Positions 36,420-45,498 of a stretch of 64,000 nucleotides of DNA are shown piece after piece (within the stretch, counting starts at the first letter, position 1; the number at the start of each line of letters is the position of its first letter). The translations under genes and the position numbers were made by a program. Origin of the DNA: Pirellulaceae bacterium (GTDB lineage Bacteria; Planctomycetota; Planctomycetia; Pirellulales; Pirellulaceae); the NCBI GenBank assembly GCA_041741195.1, contig JBGSKM010000032.1, forward strand, positions 29,764 through 93,763. Direction: 5' to 3'. A model generated the notes under the pieces. It was not told where the DNA came from. It did not search any database and saw only the letters and a list, made by a program, of their open reading frames with translations.

Positions 36420-37789
36420 CTTTGCCCCCAGCCGAAACCGATCCCCGTGATCGGAAAGTGAACCACGGGTGGTGGTTGAGAATGGACGATTCCGAGCGAA
36501 GTGGCGTGGCATGGGCGACCGCGTGGTTTTTCTTCATCCTGCTGAGCTACATGATCGTTCGCCCAGTGCGGGAAACGATGGGCAGTATCGGCGGTGTCAA
36601 GGCACTGCAAGGTTTGATGTTGGCAACGTTCGTCGCCATGTTGGTCGCAGTCCCCATTTATTCATGGCTGGTGGCAAATCTCCCTCGACGCTGGCTCGTG
36701 CGAGTCGTTTACCACTTTTTTGCAGCATCGTTGTTCGCGTTCTTCCTTGTGATGCAATTGGAATCGGAATCGATCCAAGTTTGGGCGGCGCGAACATTCT
36801 TTGTTTGGGTCAACGTGTTTGCGTTGTTCGCGACCAGTGTCTTTTGGAGTGTTCTCGCGGACTTGTATACGAGTCAGCAAGGGAAGCGATTGTTCGGTGT
36901 CATCGCCGCCGGTGGTACGGCGGGGGCAATCACGGGCTCGTTTTTGACCAGCCAGTTAGCGACACATCTTTCGACGAGCTCGCTGATTCTTGTTCCGATC
37001 GCGATGTTGGAAGTTGGATTGGCGTGCGCGTGGCGACTGGAAAAGCAATCGAACAACCTCCGTACCTCGGTCGCTTTCCGCGATGTGGTTCAAGATAGCC
37101 CCAGCGACAAGTCGACTGGGGGTGGAATACTTTCGGGGATTACACATGTATGGACGTCGCCGTATCTCTTGATGATCTGTTTATTCCTGTTGTTTGTGCA
37201 AGCGTGCGGAACTCAGTTGTATTTCCAGCAAGCCGAGATCGTTGCCGCCGAGATACCGGCTAAAGAGCAGCGGACGGAGTTGTTCGCATACATTGACTTG
37301 GGGACTCAGGTACTAACGTTGTTGATCCAATCGTTGTGTTCGGGTGTGATTTTGCGCCGACTGGGGATTAGCGTCGCCCTAGCGATACTGCCGGTCGTTT
37401 ATTTTGTTGGATTTGCATCGCTTGCTGCCAGCCAATCGTTGTTCGTATTAGTGATCACCGTCATCGCTTCGAGAGCGGCTGCCTACGGCGTCACGGTACC
37501 GTCCCGCGAAGTGTTGTTTACCGTCGTCAGCCGTGAGGAAAAGTACAAGTCCAAGAGTTTCATCGATACGGTGGTCCTGCGTGGGGGTGACGCAGCATCT
37601 GGCCAACTATTTGGAGTGCTGCGTGGGTTCGGGCTCAATCTGGCGACGCTGAATCTGCTGGTGTTACCGGTCACAGCCATCTGGGCAATGGTGGCCTGGA
37701 AACTTGGACGTCGACAAAGTCGGTTGGCGAATTCGCTATACTCACGACGAATTTCATCGAACCCAACGACGAACGAGGCAATCGAATGA
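36416..37789 (+). CDS. MFS-type transporter of the ATP:ADP antiporter (TLC/Npt)-like family
   Basis: The N-terminal signature WFFFILLSYMIVRPVRETMGSIGG matches the TLC-family pattern (F-x-I-L-x-x-Y-x-I-x-R-x-x-K/R-D/E). About 11-12 TM helices. The stop overlaps the next start (ATGA at 37786-37789). Confidence 0.7.
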   Translation: MTLPPAETDPRDRKVNHGWWLRMDDSERSGVAWATAWFFFILLSYMIVRPVRETMGSIGGVKALQGLMLATFVAMLVAVPIYSWLVANLPRRWLVRVVYHFFAASLFAFFLVMQLESESIQVWAARTFFVWVNVFALFATSVFWSVLADLYTSQQGKRLFGVIAAGGTAGAITGSFLTSQLATHLSTSSLILVPIAMLEVGLACAWRLEKQSNNLRTSVAFRDVVQDSPSDKSTGGGILSGITHVWTSPYLLMICLFLLFVQACGTQLYFQQAEIVAAEIPAKEQRTELFAYIDLGTQVLTLLIQSLCSGVILRRLGISVALAILPVVYFVGFASLAASQSLFVLVITVIASRAAAYGVTVPSREVLFTVVSREEKYKSKSFIDTVVLRGGDAASGQLFGVLRGFGLNLATLNLLVLPVTAIWAMVAWKLGRRQSRLANSLYSRRISSNPTTNEAIE

Positions 37790-38487
37790 CCGACAATCGC
37801 TATTCACTACAGGCATTTTTGGAAAAGACGAAAGACCGAGACCTGAATCAAGGTTTGTTCGAGCTCGAGTCGGATCGAATGCTTGACATCAACCTCAACG
37901 GTGAAGTGTGGATCAAGATGGGGGCGATGGTCGCTTACACCGGCCAAGTTAAGTTCGAGCGTGAGGGCATCCTTTCTCGTGGAGTCGCCAATCTGCTCAA
38001 AAAGGCGGTCTCCGGCGAGGGCACGGCGCTCACCAAGTGCAGCGGAACCGGGTCGGTGTTCTGTGCAGACTCCGGCAAGAAAATCACCATTTTGAATCTC
38101 GACAATGATGCGATCTGTGTCAACGGAAACGATTTACTTGCATTTGAAATGTCGCTGAAATACGACATCAAGATGATGAAGCGAATGACGGCCGTGCTTG
38201 CCGGCGGTTTGTTCAATGTACGGCTCGAAGGGTCGGGGATGGTGGCAATTACCAGCCATTACGATCCGCTCACGCTTCCCGTCACGCCATCGCAGCCCGT
38301 GATCACCGATCCGAACGCGACCGTCCTGTGGTCGGGCGGATTGGAGCCCGAGATCAAGACGGATTTGCAATTCAAAACGTTCTTTGGTCGCGGATCCGGC
38401 GAATCGCTACAGTTGAGATTCCAGGGCAGTGGGTTCGTTGTGGTTCAGCCTTACGAGGAGGTCACGTTCCAGCAAACGTCGAATTGA
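37786..38487 (+). CDS. AIM24 family protein (DUF124, TRAP-like beta fold)
   Basis: INLNGEVWIKMGAMVAYTGQVKFE..., GEGTALTKCSGTGSVF..., ICVNGNDLLAFE..., LFNVRLEGSGMVAITSH. Confidence 0.8.
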   Translation: MTDNRYSLQAFLEKTKDRDLNQGLFELESDRMLDINLNGEVWIKMGAMVAYTGQVKFEREGILSRGVANLLKKAVSGEGTALTKCSGTGSVFCADSGKKITILNLDNDAICVNGNDLLAFEMSLKYDIKMMKRMTAVLAGGLFNVRLEGSGMVAITSHYDPLTLPVTPSQPVITDPNATVLWSGGLEPEIKTDLQFKTFFGRGSGESLQLRFQGSGFVVVQPYEEVTFQQTSN

Positions 38488-38495
38488 CGTTGGCG

Positions 38496-39560
38496 TTAGC
38501 CGATCGATGCTCCTCGGTAGGTCATTTTGGTTCTCTTGAGGGTGTATTGGCGGGCGAGGGTCGGAATATCGTCGCGGTGTCCGACGACGATGACCACGTC
38601 ACCAGCGGAAAGCACCGTGGTGCCACTCGGGTTCATCTTAATTTCGCCGTCGGTGTTCCGGACTGCGACGATGAGAAAGCCACGGTTGCCTCGAACTTGA
38701 ATGTCATCGAGCGTCTTTCCCTCAAGTACCGTCCCAGCCGCGACTTGCAACTCCTCCATATTGAGTCCGATCGTTTCCAATTCCTCGGACAGTAATTCCG
38801 AACTGCCGAGATTTTGCAACAACGTGGATGCGGCTGGGCGAATGGCGATTTGCGCGGCTCGCTTGGCGCCGATTGCGGCCATCATGACGACATGGTCGGC
38901 ACCACATCGTCGCAGTTTCTTTTCCGCCGACGGTGACTCGCCGCGGGCAATGATTTCGACGCTGCGATTTAAGTCTCGGGCGGTGACACAAATAAACGCG
39001 TTGCTCGCATCATTGGGAAGCAACGTTGCCAAACACTTTGCCCGAACGATTCCGGCGGCCGCCAGCGTTTCCTCTTCGGTCGCATTTCCGATCATGGCTA
39101 AACACCCATTGGTTTGCGCGTCGGCGACGCGAGACAGCGATTCATCGACGACCAAGAACGGGCGATGGGACCGTTTCAGTTCTGCGGCCATGATCGCTCC
39201 CATCCGCCCATAACCGCAGACGATGGTGTGACCATCGAGGTTTGCAATTCCTTGACTCATTTTTCGTTGTCTCAAAGCATTTTGCAGTTCACCGTCGACC
39301 AGCATTTGGATGAAGCCGCCAACGGTGTAAATGGCGGCTGAGTATCCGAACACGATGACAAGAATCGTCATCGTTCGTAGTTCATCAGTGTCGATGGGGC
39401 GTACTTCGCCGTAACCGACCCCAAAAATGGTGATGACGACCATGTACACCGAATCGCTCAGCGACCATCCGGCACGCACGTAACCGATGACGGCGATGAC
39501 ACAGATCGCAAGAAAAATGAACGCACCGCGCAAGACGCGTCGAAGTGGAGTGCTATTCAT
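38496..39560 (-). CDS. Potassium channel (2-TM pore) with RCK/TrkA-N and TrkA-C domains
   Basis: Selectivity filter TIFGVGYGEV. Rossmann motif IVCGYGRMG. C-terminal TrkA-C-like LSAGDVVIVVGHRDDI. Confidence 0.85.
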   Translation of the reverse strand: MNSTPLRRVLRGAFIFLAICVIAVIGYVRAGWSLSDSVYMVVITIFGVGYGEVRPIDTDELRTMTILVIVFGYSAAIYTVGGFIQMLVDGELQNALRQRKMSQGIANLDGHTIVCGYGRMGAIMAAELKRSHRPFLVVDESLSRVADAQTNGCLAMIGNATEEETLAAAGIVRAKCLATLLPNDASNAFICVTARDLNRSVEIIARGESPSAEKKLRRCGADHVVMMAAIGAKRAAQIAIRPAASTLLQNLGSSELLSEELETIGLNMEELQVAAGTVLEGKTLDDIQVRGNRGFLIVAVRNTDGEIKMNPSGTTVLSAGDVVIVVGHRDDIPTLARQYTLKRTKMTYRGASIG

Positions 39561-39659
39561 ATGTTGCGAGGCGGCGGCATCAAGGGTTCATTCCCGTAAA
39601 CGGATCGGGTGCCAGAGCACCTTCGACCGACAAACTCACGCCGCCTAGCGAGTCATTAA

Positions 39660-39679
39660 GTTACCTTGCGCAGGGTAAC
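39660..39679 (-). terminator. Weak hairpin just downstream of the hisB stop (GTTACC-8 nt-GGTAAC)
   Basis: 6-bp perfect stem. No clear U-tract follows on the minus strand, so terminator function is doubtful. Confidence 0.15.
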
Positions 39680-39687
39680 GTACGCAA

Positions 39688-40275
39688 CTACAGAACACCT
39701 TTGGTGCTCGGGATCCCCGTGCTCCGCGGGTCAGCTTCGATCGCCATCCGGATCGCCCGGGCGGTTGCCTTGAAAACCGCTTCGGCAATGTGATGACTGT
39801 TGCGTCCGTAATGCAGCAGCACATGAAAGTTGCAATTGGCATTCGCCGCGAATGATTGCCAAAAGTGCTCAATCAACTCGCTATCGAATGTCCCGATCTT
39901 GGCTGGCCCAATGGGCGCATGGTACGCAAACGCGTAGCGTCCACCCATGTCGACCGAGGCGGTGACGAGGCATTCGTCCATGGGAAGTGTAATGTGGCCG
40001 TAGCGGCGGACACCCGCACGATCGGCGAGGGCTTCATGGATCGCTTGACCAAGGGCGATCCCGACATCCTCGCTCGTATGGTGATCATCGACGTGCAAGT
40101 CTCCGGTCGCTTTGACATCGAGATCGATCAGTGAGTGCTTGGCGAAAAGGTCCAACATATGATCCAGGAATCCGATCCCGGTTTCCCGTCGACCTGCCCC
40201 AGTTCCATCGAGCTTGATGGAAACTCGAATATCGGTTTCACCTGTTTTGCGATGAATCGTGGATTGACGTGTCAT
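39688..40275 (-). CDS. hisB: Imidazoleglycerol-phosphate dehydratase
   Basis: [39 protein letters not shown]. The ATG at 40275 avoids the 34-nt overlap created by the ORF-track start at 40314. Confidence 0.95.
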   Translation of the reverse strand: MTRQSTIHRKTGETDIRVSIKLDGTGAGRRETGIGFLDHMLDLFAKHSLIDLDVKATGDLHVDDHHTSEDVGIALGQAIHEALADRAGVRRYGHITLPMDECLVTASVDMGGRYAFAYHAPIGPAKIGTFDSELIEHFWQSFAANANCNFHVLLHYGRNSHHIAEAVFKATARAIRMAIEADPRSTGIPSTKGVL

Positions 40276-40280
40276 AGGAA

Positions 40281-41465
40281 TCAAGCCGTAAACCTTTCGA
40301 GCATCATCATGCAAGCGTCCATTTGTTCGTCTGTACCCACCGAGATTCTTAAGCCGTCGCCCCAGTCCGGGAAGGACATGTAGCGGACCAGTATTTGATT
40401 CTGTTTCAAGTACTCATAGCGAGCGTGATGGGCACCATCGGAGTGTTGGCACCAGACAAAGTTTGCATGCGATGGCGTCACATCGAATCCCATCGCAGTC
40501 AAACGGTGTTCCATTCTCGATCGCGTCGCGTTCATCTTCTGGCAAACCTCCGCGAGCCACTGGGGCGAAGAAACCGCAGCCGTGGCGGCGGCGATCGAGA
40601 TGGCATCGCAATTGTAGCTGTCTTTAATCTTGCTCAACTCGGCGATGACTTGGGGCTGAGCAATCAGAAACCCGAATCGCAAGCCAGCCAATCCATACGA
40701 CTTGCTCAGCGTTCGCGTCACGAAAACTCGATCATTTTCTTTGACCAAATCGATGCATGACTCGTTGGCAAAATCGACATACGCTTCGTCGACTACCAGC
40801 GGGCAATCGAGTGAATCAGCGATCTCACGAACTTCATCTTTTCCGACGATGGTACCCGAGGGGCTGTTGGGGTTGGGCAGCAAAACCAAACGCACATCAG
40901 GGCTGGGCTGCGAAAAACTCGAGGGCAACTTCCATCCGTCTTCGAATGGGACCTGTTCCCAACCGGCACCCTGGATATCGGCCAACGTTCGATACAGGAT
41001 GTAGCTCGGATAAGCCAGTCGCAGCTTTTGTCCTTCGCCGACGCATCCGCGGACGAGAATGGTGAGTATCTCGTCGCTGCCGTTGCCGGCCAAAATCCAA
41101 TCCGGTCCGGGCAAACCGAGCGCATTCGCGGCAGCCCGTCGAAAACTCGTTGCCATGGGATCGGGATACCGATTGAGCGGTCCCTGCGCCGCATTGCAGA
41201 TTGCGTCGACGACGGCAGGCGGCGGTGGATACGGGTTCTCGTTGGTATTCAGCTTGATGAATTTCCCCGGGGGCGGTTGTTCCCCAGGCGTGTAGGGCAA
41301 CATCCGCGAAAGCGCATCGCGGAACGGGGCAGGGCGGGGCGGTAGAGTTTCAGACACGGGATTGATGGTGGGGTTCGCAAAAACAGGCTGCGCAACACGG
41401 CGGAAGGCTGGGCCATTGTAGCGACAATTTAAACTTGAGCAGGGGGCAATGCGGTTGAACAGCAA
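40281..41465 (-). CDS. hisC: Histidinol-phosphate aminotransferase
   Basis: [11 protein letters not shown] and the PLP-lysine motif [14 protein letters not shown]. The start is uncertain; GTG at 41357 is an alternative that gives a typical length. Confidence 0.9.
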   Translation of the reverse strand: MLFNRIAPCSSLNCRYNGPAFRRVAQPVFANPTINPVSETLPPRPAPFRDALSRMLPYTPGEQPPPGKFIKLNTNENPYPPPPAVVDAICNAAQGPLNRYPDPMATSFRRAAANALGLPGPDWILAGNGSDEILTILVRGCVGEGQKLRLAYPSYILYRTLADIQGAGWEQVPFEDGWKLPSSFSQPSPDVRLVLLPNPNSPSGTIVGKDEVREIADSLDCPLVVDEAYVDFANESCIDLVKENDRVFVTRTLSKSYGLAGLRFGFLIAQPQVIAELSKIKDSYNCDAISIAAATAAVSSPQWLAEVCQKMNATRSRMEHRLTAMGFDVTPSHANFVWCQHSDGAHHARYEYLKQNQILVRYMSFPDWGDGLRISVGTDEQMDACMMMLERFTA

Positions 41466-41526
41466 GACTCTCGCAGTCCCACCTCGATGGCAAATCGTAA
41501 ATGCGACTTAGCGGACTTTGCAGTGA

Positions 41527-41559
41527 ACGAGGCTGGTCAATCCATTTGTGCAGCCTCGT
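41527..41559 (+). other. Perfect 9-bp inverted repeat ACGAGGCTG-(15 nt)-CAGCCTCGT in the hisC/sigma divergent intergenic region
   Basis: Arms at 41527-41535 and 41551-41559 are exact reverse complements. Confidence 0.4.
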
Positions 41560-41571
41560 CGACTGTGGCAA

Positions 41572-41605
41572 GCGACTACAATCAGCCGATCACGCACTAA
41601 GTCGC
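41572..41605 (+). other. Hairpin GCGACT-(22 nt)-AGTCGC immediately upstream of the sigma-factor ATG; related to 26781-26808
   Basis: Shares GCGACTA, the 12-mer GCACTAAGTCGC and a preceding GTGGC with the element at 26781-26808. Confidence 0.4.
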
Positions 41606-41613
41606 GACTCTCA

Positions 41614-42351
41614 ATGGAGCTAACGTTTTGTATGAGGCACCATGATCTGCTGTCAGAATCATCTTTCCAGACAACCGACTGGGGCGTGATCTCGCAACTG
41701 GACTCGCCGCAGTTCGCAGAGGCAATGGCTGCCCTTTGCCAACAGTATTGGTACCCGGTGTACGCGTTCATTCGCCGCAAGTCGGGCGACGCAACTCGAG
41801 CTGAAGACTTGACTCAATCGTTTTTTGCCAGAGTTCTCGCGAAAAACGTTTTTCGAGCGGCAAACCCCGAGAAGGGACGCTTCCGTGCATTCCTGCTGAC
41901 TTCGGTCAAGAACTTTCTCGCCACTGAGTTGGCTCAGTCACAAACGCAAAAACGCGGTGGTAAAGTCAAAACAATGACGTTCGATTTCGCTGGCGCTGAC
42001 CATCTTTTTGATCGCAATCTGTGGACGTTCGCTTCACCCGAGGAAGCGTTCGATCGGGCCTGGGCGATTACATTGATGGAAGGTGCGATAGATCAACTTC
42101 GCGGCGAGTACACGGCGAAGGACCAAGATCAACATTTCGAGTTGCTAGCGCCGATCCTTCAGTCCCTGCCGCTGGATTACTCAGCCATCGCGTCGCAGCT
42201 TAATATCAGCCAACCGGCGGCTCGAAAAATGGCTTCTCGATTTCGTGAACAACTGCGGTTTCAGCTTCGCAAGTCCGTGGCAGCGACACTTTCGGAAAGC
42301 GACGGGTTGGACGACGAAATCGCCTGGATGATGAGCCTGTTTGCTCGTTAG
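41614..42351 (+). CDS. ECF-type RNA polymerase sigma factor, kinase-associated (ECF43-like) group
   Basis: TTDWGVISQLDS, QQYWYPVYAFIRRKSG, KGRFRAFLLTSVKNF, and region 4 LNISQPAARKMASRFREQLR. The start is uncertain; GTG at 41548 and ATGs at 41614 and 41632 are all in frame. Confidence 0.8.
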   Translation: MELTFCMRHHDLLSESSFQTTDWGVISQLDSPQFAEAMAALCQQYWYPVYAFIRRKSGDATRAEDLTQSFFARVLAKNVFRAANPEKGRFRAFLLTSVKNFLATELAQSQTQKRGGKVKTMTFDFAGADHLFDRNLWTFASPEEAFDRAWAITLMEGAIDQLRGEYTAKDQDQHFELLAPILQSLPLDYSAIASQLNISQPAARKMASRFREQLRFQLRKSVAATLSESDGLDDEIAWMMSLFAR

Positions 42352-42479
42352 GGCATCGAGTTGGCCACGCGATGAATTTTTTGCGGGGCGGGCACGGAAT
42401 ATCCGTCACAAAAGGTGGGCAAGTCGGTAGCTATTGTTAAACACCTTCCTTTCACTCCTTTTTTCCGAGAGTCTGCCTG

Positions 42480-43952
42480 ATGAATTCGCCAACGACTTGC
42501 CAATCATGCGGCGCACGACTGACGAGCGGACTCGAATTCTCCTTTTGTCCGCAGTGCCTGGTTCGCGAAGCGGCAAATCCAGCTGCCGACGATTCGGACT
42601 TGCCACCTACATCGGACCAATGCGGTTCGCCTGGGTCGCGTTTCCAGCCTCCATCGGCAAAAGAGCTCGAGTCGCTGCTCACCGGCTTCAAAGTCTCCAA
42701 GTTGGTCGGACACGGTGGAATGGGCGCGGTCTATCGAGGCCAACAAGTTAGTCTCGATCGCGACGTCGCCATCAAGATCCTTCCTCGCGAGTTCCAAGCG
42801 TCTGGTCAGTCCAGTGAACGCTTCCAGCGCGAAGCAAAGACTCTCGCCAAGCTGCACCACCCCAACATCGTTGCCATCTTCGACTTCGGTCAAGTTGACG
42901 GCCTATATTATTTCGTGATGGAGTATGTGGATGGCGTTACGTTACGCGAGACCATTCAATCGAAAACGATCACACCGGATGCGGCACTGAAGATGATCCC
43001 GGTGATCTGCGATGCGCTGCAGTTTGCTCACAGCCGCGGCGTCATTCATCGCGATATCAAACCGGAGAATATCCTGATTGACCGCGAAGGGACGCTAAAA
43101 ATCGCAGACTTTGGACTCGCCAAAATGCTGAACCGCGACGGAGAAGTCGCGAATGATTTGAATCTGACCGGAACGCAGCAAGTGATGGGGACTGCAGCGT
43201 ACATGGCTCCCGAGCAGATGACGACAAGCAAAACCGTCGATCACCGCGCCGACATCTACTCGCTGGGAGTCGTCTTTTATGAATTGTTGACCGGCGAACG
43301 GCCCGTCGGATGGTTCCCACCACCGTCTAAAAAAGTAGCCGTCGATGTGCGAGTGGACGAAGTCGTTCTGCGAACTTTGGAGTCAGAACCCGAGCGGCGA
43401 TACCAGCAAATCAGTGAATTCAAAACCGCGATCGAAAACTTGTCGAACGATTCACTCTCGCAAGTCAACGGAGGCAATCGCCGACCCGCAAGTTCGCCAA
43501 CCGCATCATCCCTATCGAGCGTGCGACTGCATAAATTGCTCGACGAGACTGAGACGTATTATCGCACCCTGCACAGCGTCAGCACGGCGTTGGGATTGTC
43601 GGTGTTTCCGCTGTTGGGCGTCATCGTCGCAGCCGCCGTATCGCCCCTGGTTGGCGTTGTCATGTTCGTCGTGGCGGTGGCGACAGTCATATATTCAGTC
43701 CGGATCAAGCGACACCAAGTCTTCAAGGCGAATTACAAGGGCCATACCATCGTAGTCGACAACAGCGGCACGTTTGCTGAGAAGCTGTACCTTGACGATG
43801 GCTTAGTACGCACCGGCGGTTTCGGCACCAAAATGGAGTTTCGCTTTTCGATCAAGGCGGGTGAAGGAATCGGTGACGAGATCATCGTCTGGTTCGATGC
43901 CGGCGTTCGCACGCTACGCTGCCGGATCGAGGCAGAGTCAAAATCGGACTAA
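42480..43952 (+). CDS. Ser/Thr protein kinase with N-terminal zinc ribbon, TM segment and small C-terminal domain
   Basis: CQSCGARL...CPQCL, GHGGMGAVY, AIK, HRDIKPENIL, DFGLAK, APEQ. Hydrophobic stretch LSVFPLLGVIVAAAVSPLVGVVMFVVAVATVIY. Confidence 0.9.
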   Translation: MNSPTTCQSCGARLTSGLEFSFCPQCLVREAANPAADDSDLPPTSDQCGSPGSRFQPPSAKELESLLTGFKVSKLVGHGGMGAVYRGQQVSLDRDVAIKILPREFQASGQSSERFQREAKTLAKLHHPNIVAIFDFGQVDGLYYFVMEYVDGVTLRETIQSKTITPDAALKMIPVICDALQFAHSRGVIHRDIKPENILIDREGTLKIADFGLAKMLNRDGEVANDLNLTGTQQVMGTAAYMAPEQMTTSKTVDHRADIYSLGVVFYELLTGERPVGWFPPPSKKVAVDVRVDEVVLRTLESEPERRYQQISEFKTAIENLSNDSLSQVNGGNRRPASSPTASSLSSVRLHKLLDETETYYRTLHSVSTALGLSVFPLLGVIVAAAVSPLVGVVMFVVAVATVIYSVRIKRHQVFKANYKGHTIVVDNSGTFAEKLYLDDGLVRTGGFGTKMEFRFSIKAGEGIGDEIIVWFDAGVRTLRCRIEAESKSD

Positions 43953-44055
43953 CAGAATATTTTTCCGCATCGACGATGCATTGTCTGTAAGCCCCGATGA
44001 ACGCTTCGCTGGTCATGTTCAGCACCGTCTCTCAAGGACTGCCAGTGCACGGTTA

Positions 44056-45414
44056 TCAAGACGATTGACAGCGAATGCTGACCGATCGGGCGTGGCCGGT
44101 GAGCCCTTCTTTCTCGGCGATACGTTGGACATCGGTGGCGATGTCGGCGAGTGCGAGGTCGCTGAACTCGGTAATGCTACCGCTGCGCAAGAAGCTGTTG
44201 CTGGAGAGGCCCGCAGCCCATGTGCAGGTACCACCGGTCGGTAGCACGTGGCTGGGGCCGGCCGCATAATCGCCGAGCGCCACCGGCGTGTGCGGGCCGA
44301 GAAACGCAGCGCCGCTATTACGAATTCGGGAAATCATCTCCCGCGGATTCGACGATTGGATATGGAGATGTTCGGGTGCGAATGAGTCAGTCAATTCACA
44401 AGCGTGTTCGGAATCACGCACCAGGATCAACGCCCCAAAAGCATTCAGGCTTTCGAGGGTCAAGTCACCACGATCGAGCAAACGCAGTTGCGTCCTCAGC
44501 TCCTCCAGCACTTTCTCGATAAGTGAGGCGTCCCAGGTGATGAGAATGGCGGAACCCGGCGAGTGTTCCGCTTGGGCAATCAGATCCGCAGCCACCCAAT
44601 CTGGCCGGGCCGTTGAATCGGCAATGACAATGACTTCGCTGGGGCCAGCGAACGAGTCGATATCCACGGTGCCATAGACATACTTTTTTGCCAGCGCGAC
44701 GAAGAGGTTTCCGGGGCCCACAATTTTGTCGACGGCGGGTAGGCAATCGCAACCGTAGGCCATCGCCGCTACCGCATGGGCGCCGCCGACACGGTAGACT
44801 TCGCTCACGCCCAGTTCGTAGCAGGTCGCGAGCATGTCACGGTTGTACGCCCCAAATTTCGTTGGCGGCGCGACGATCGCGATCTCTTTCACGCCGGCGA
44901 CTTGCGCCGGTACGACGGTCATCAACACCGTGGACGGGTACGCCGCGGCGCCGCCTGGCACGCAAACACCCACTCGCCGCAATGGCACATACCGCTGCGT
45001 CAATCGCACGCCCGGGGATGGCTCGACAGTGACGTCCGAATGCAGGATGGCCTGTTGGAACCGAGTAACGTTGTCACGGATTCGTTGAATGCTCTGCAGG
45101 AATTCTGGCGATGCAGATTCATGAGCTGATTTCAGGTCGTCGCTGGGGACTCGCAATTCGGCTGCCGTTAAACTCGATTGATCGAATGCTTGGCTGAATC
45201 GCAGCAGGGCCGATGTGCCCTGCTGGCGCACTTGCTCGCAGATTTCCTGAACCACTTGGCTTGGCAAGAGCGGCTTGCCGAACACTTTTTCGGTCAGTTC
45301 GCGGCCTTTGGGGCTCACGACCTCGCCTCGTGGGCTGAGCTTTTCACGTAACTCGGCTAGAATCGCTGAGCCCCCGGAGGTTGCGTCGACACAGGAAATG
45401 GTGAGTGGAGGCAT
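44056..45414 (-). CDS. hisD: Histidinol dehydrogenase
   Basis: GVCVPGGAAAYPSTVLM, AQAEHSPGSAILIT, FLGPHTPVALGDYAAGPSHVLPTGG. Confidence 0.95.
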   Translation of the reverse strand: MPPLTISCVDATSGGSAILAELREKLSPRGEVVSPKGRELTEKVFGKPLLPSQVVQEICEQVRQQGTSALLRFSQAFDQSSLTAAELRVPSDDLKSAHESASPEFLQSIQRIRDNVTRFQQAILHSDVTVEPSPGVRLTQRYVPLRRVGVCVPGGAAAYPSTVLMTVVPAQVAGVKEIAIVAPPTKFGAYNRDMLATCYELGVSEVYRVGGAHAVAAMAYGCDCLPAVDKIVGPGNLFVALAKKYVYGTVDIDSFAGPSEVIVIADSTARPDWVAADLIAQAEHSPGSAILITWDASLIEKVLEELRTQLRLLDRGDLTLESLNAFGALILVRDSEHACELTDSFAPEHLHIQSSNPREMISRIRNSGAAFLGPHTPVALGDYAAGPSHVLPTGGTCTWAAGLSSNSFLRSGSITEFSDLALADIATDVQRIAEKEGLTGHARSVSIRCQSS

Positions 45415-45498
45415 GGCGAGCGACGGTGGCGGACGGCTGAGGCGAATACGCTGGGTTCAGGTACGTGGACAGGCCACAATGTAACGGGATTGAAACGA

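Noticed and set aside
43967-43979. Palindrome GCATCG-a-CGATGC between the convergent kinase and hisD genes
   Set aside because: A 1-nt loop cannot form a hairpin, so it cannot be a terminator. A 6+6 palindrome is plausible by chance in 64 kb, and no second copy was seen.
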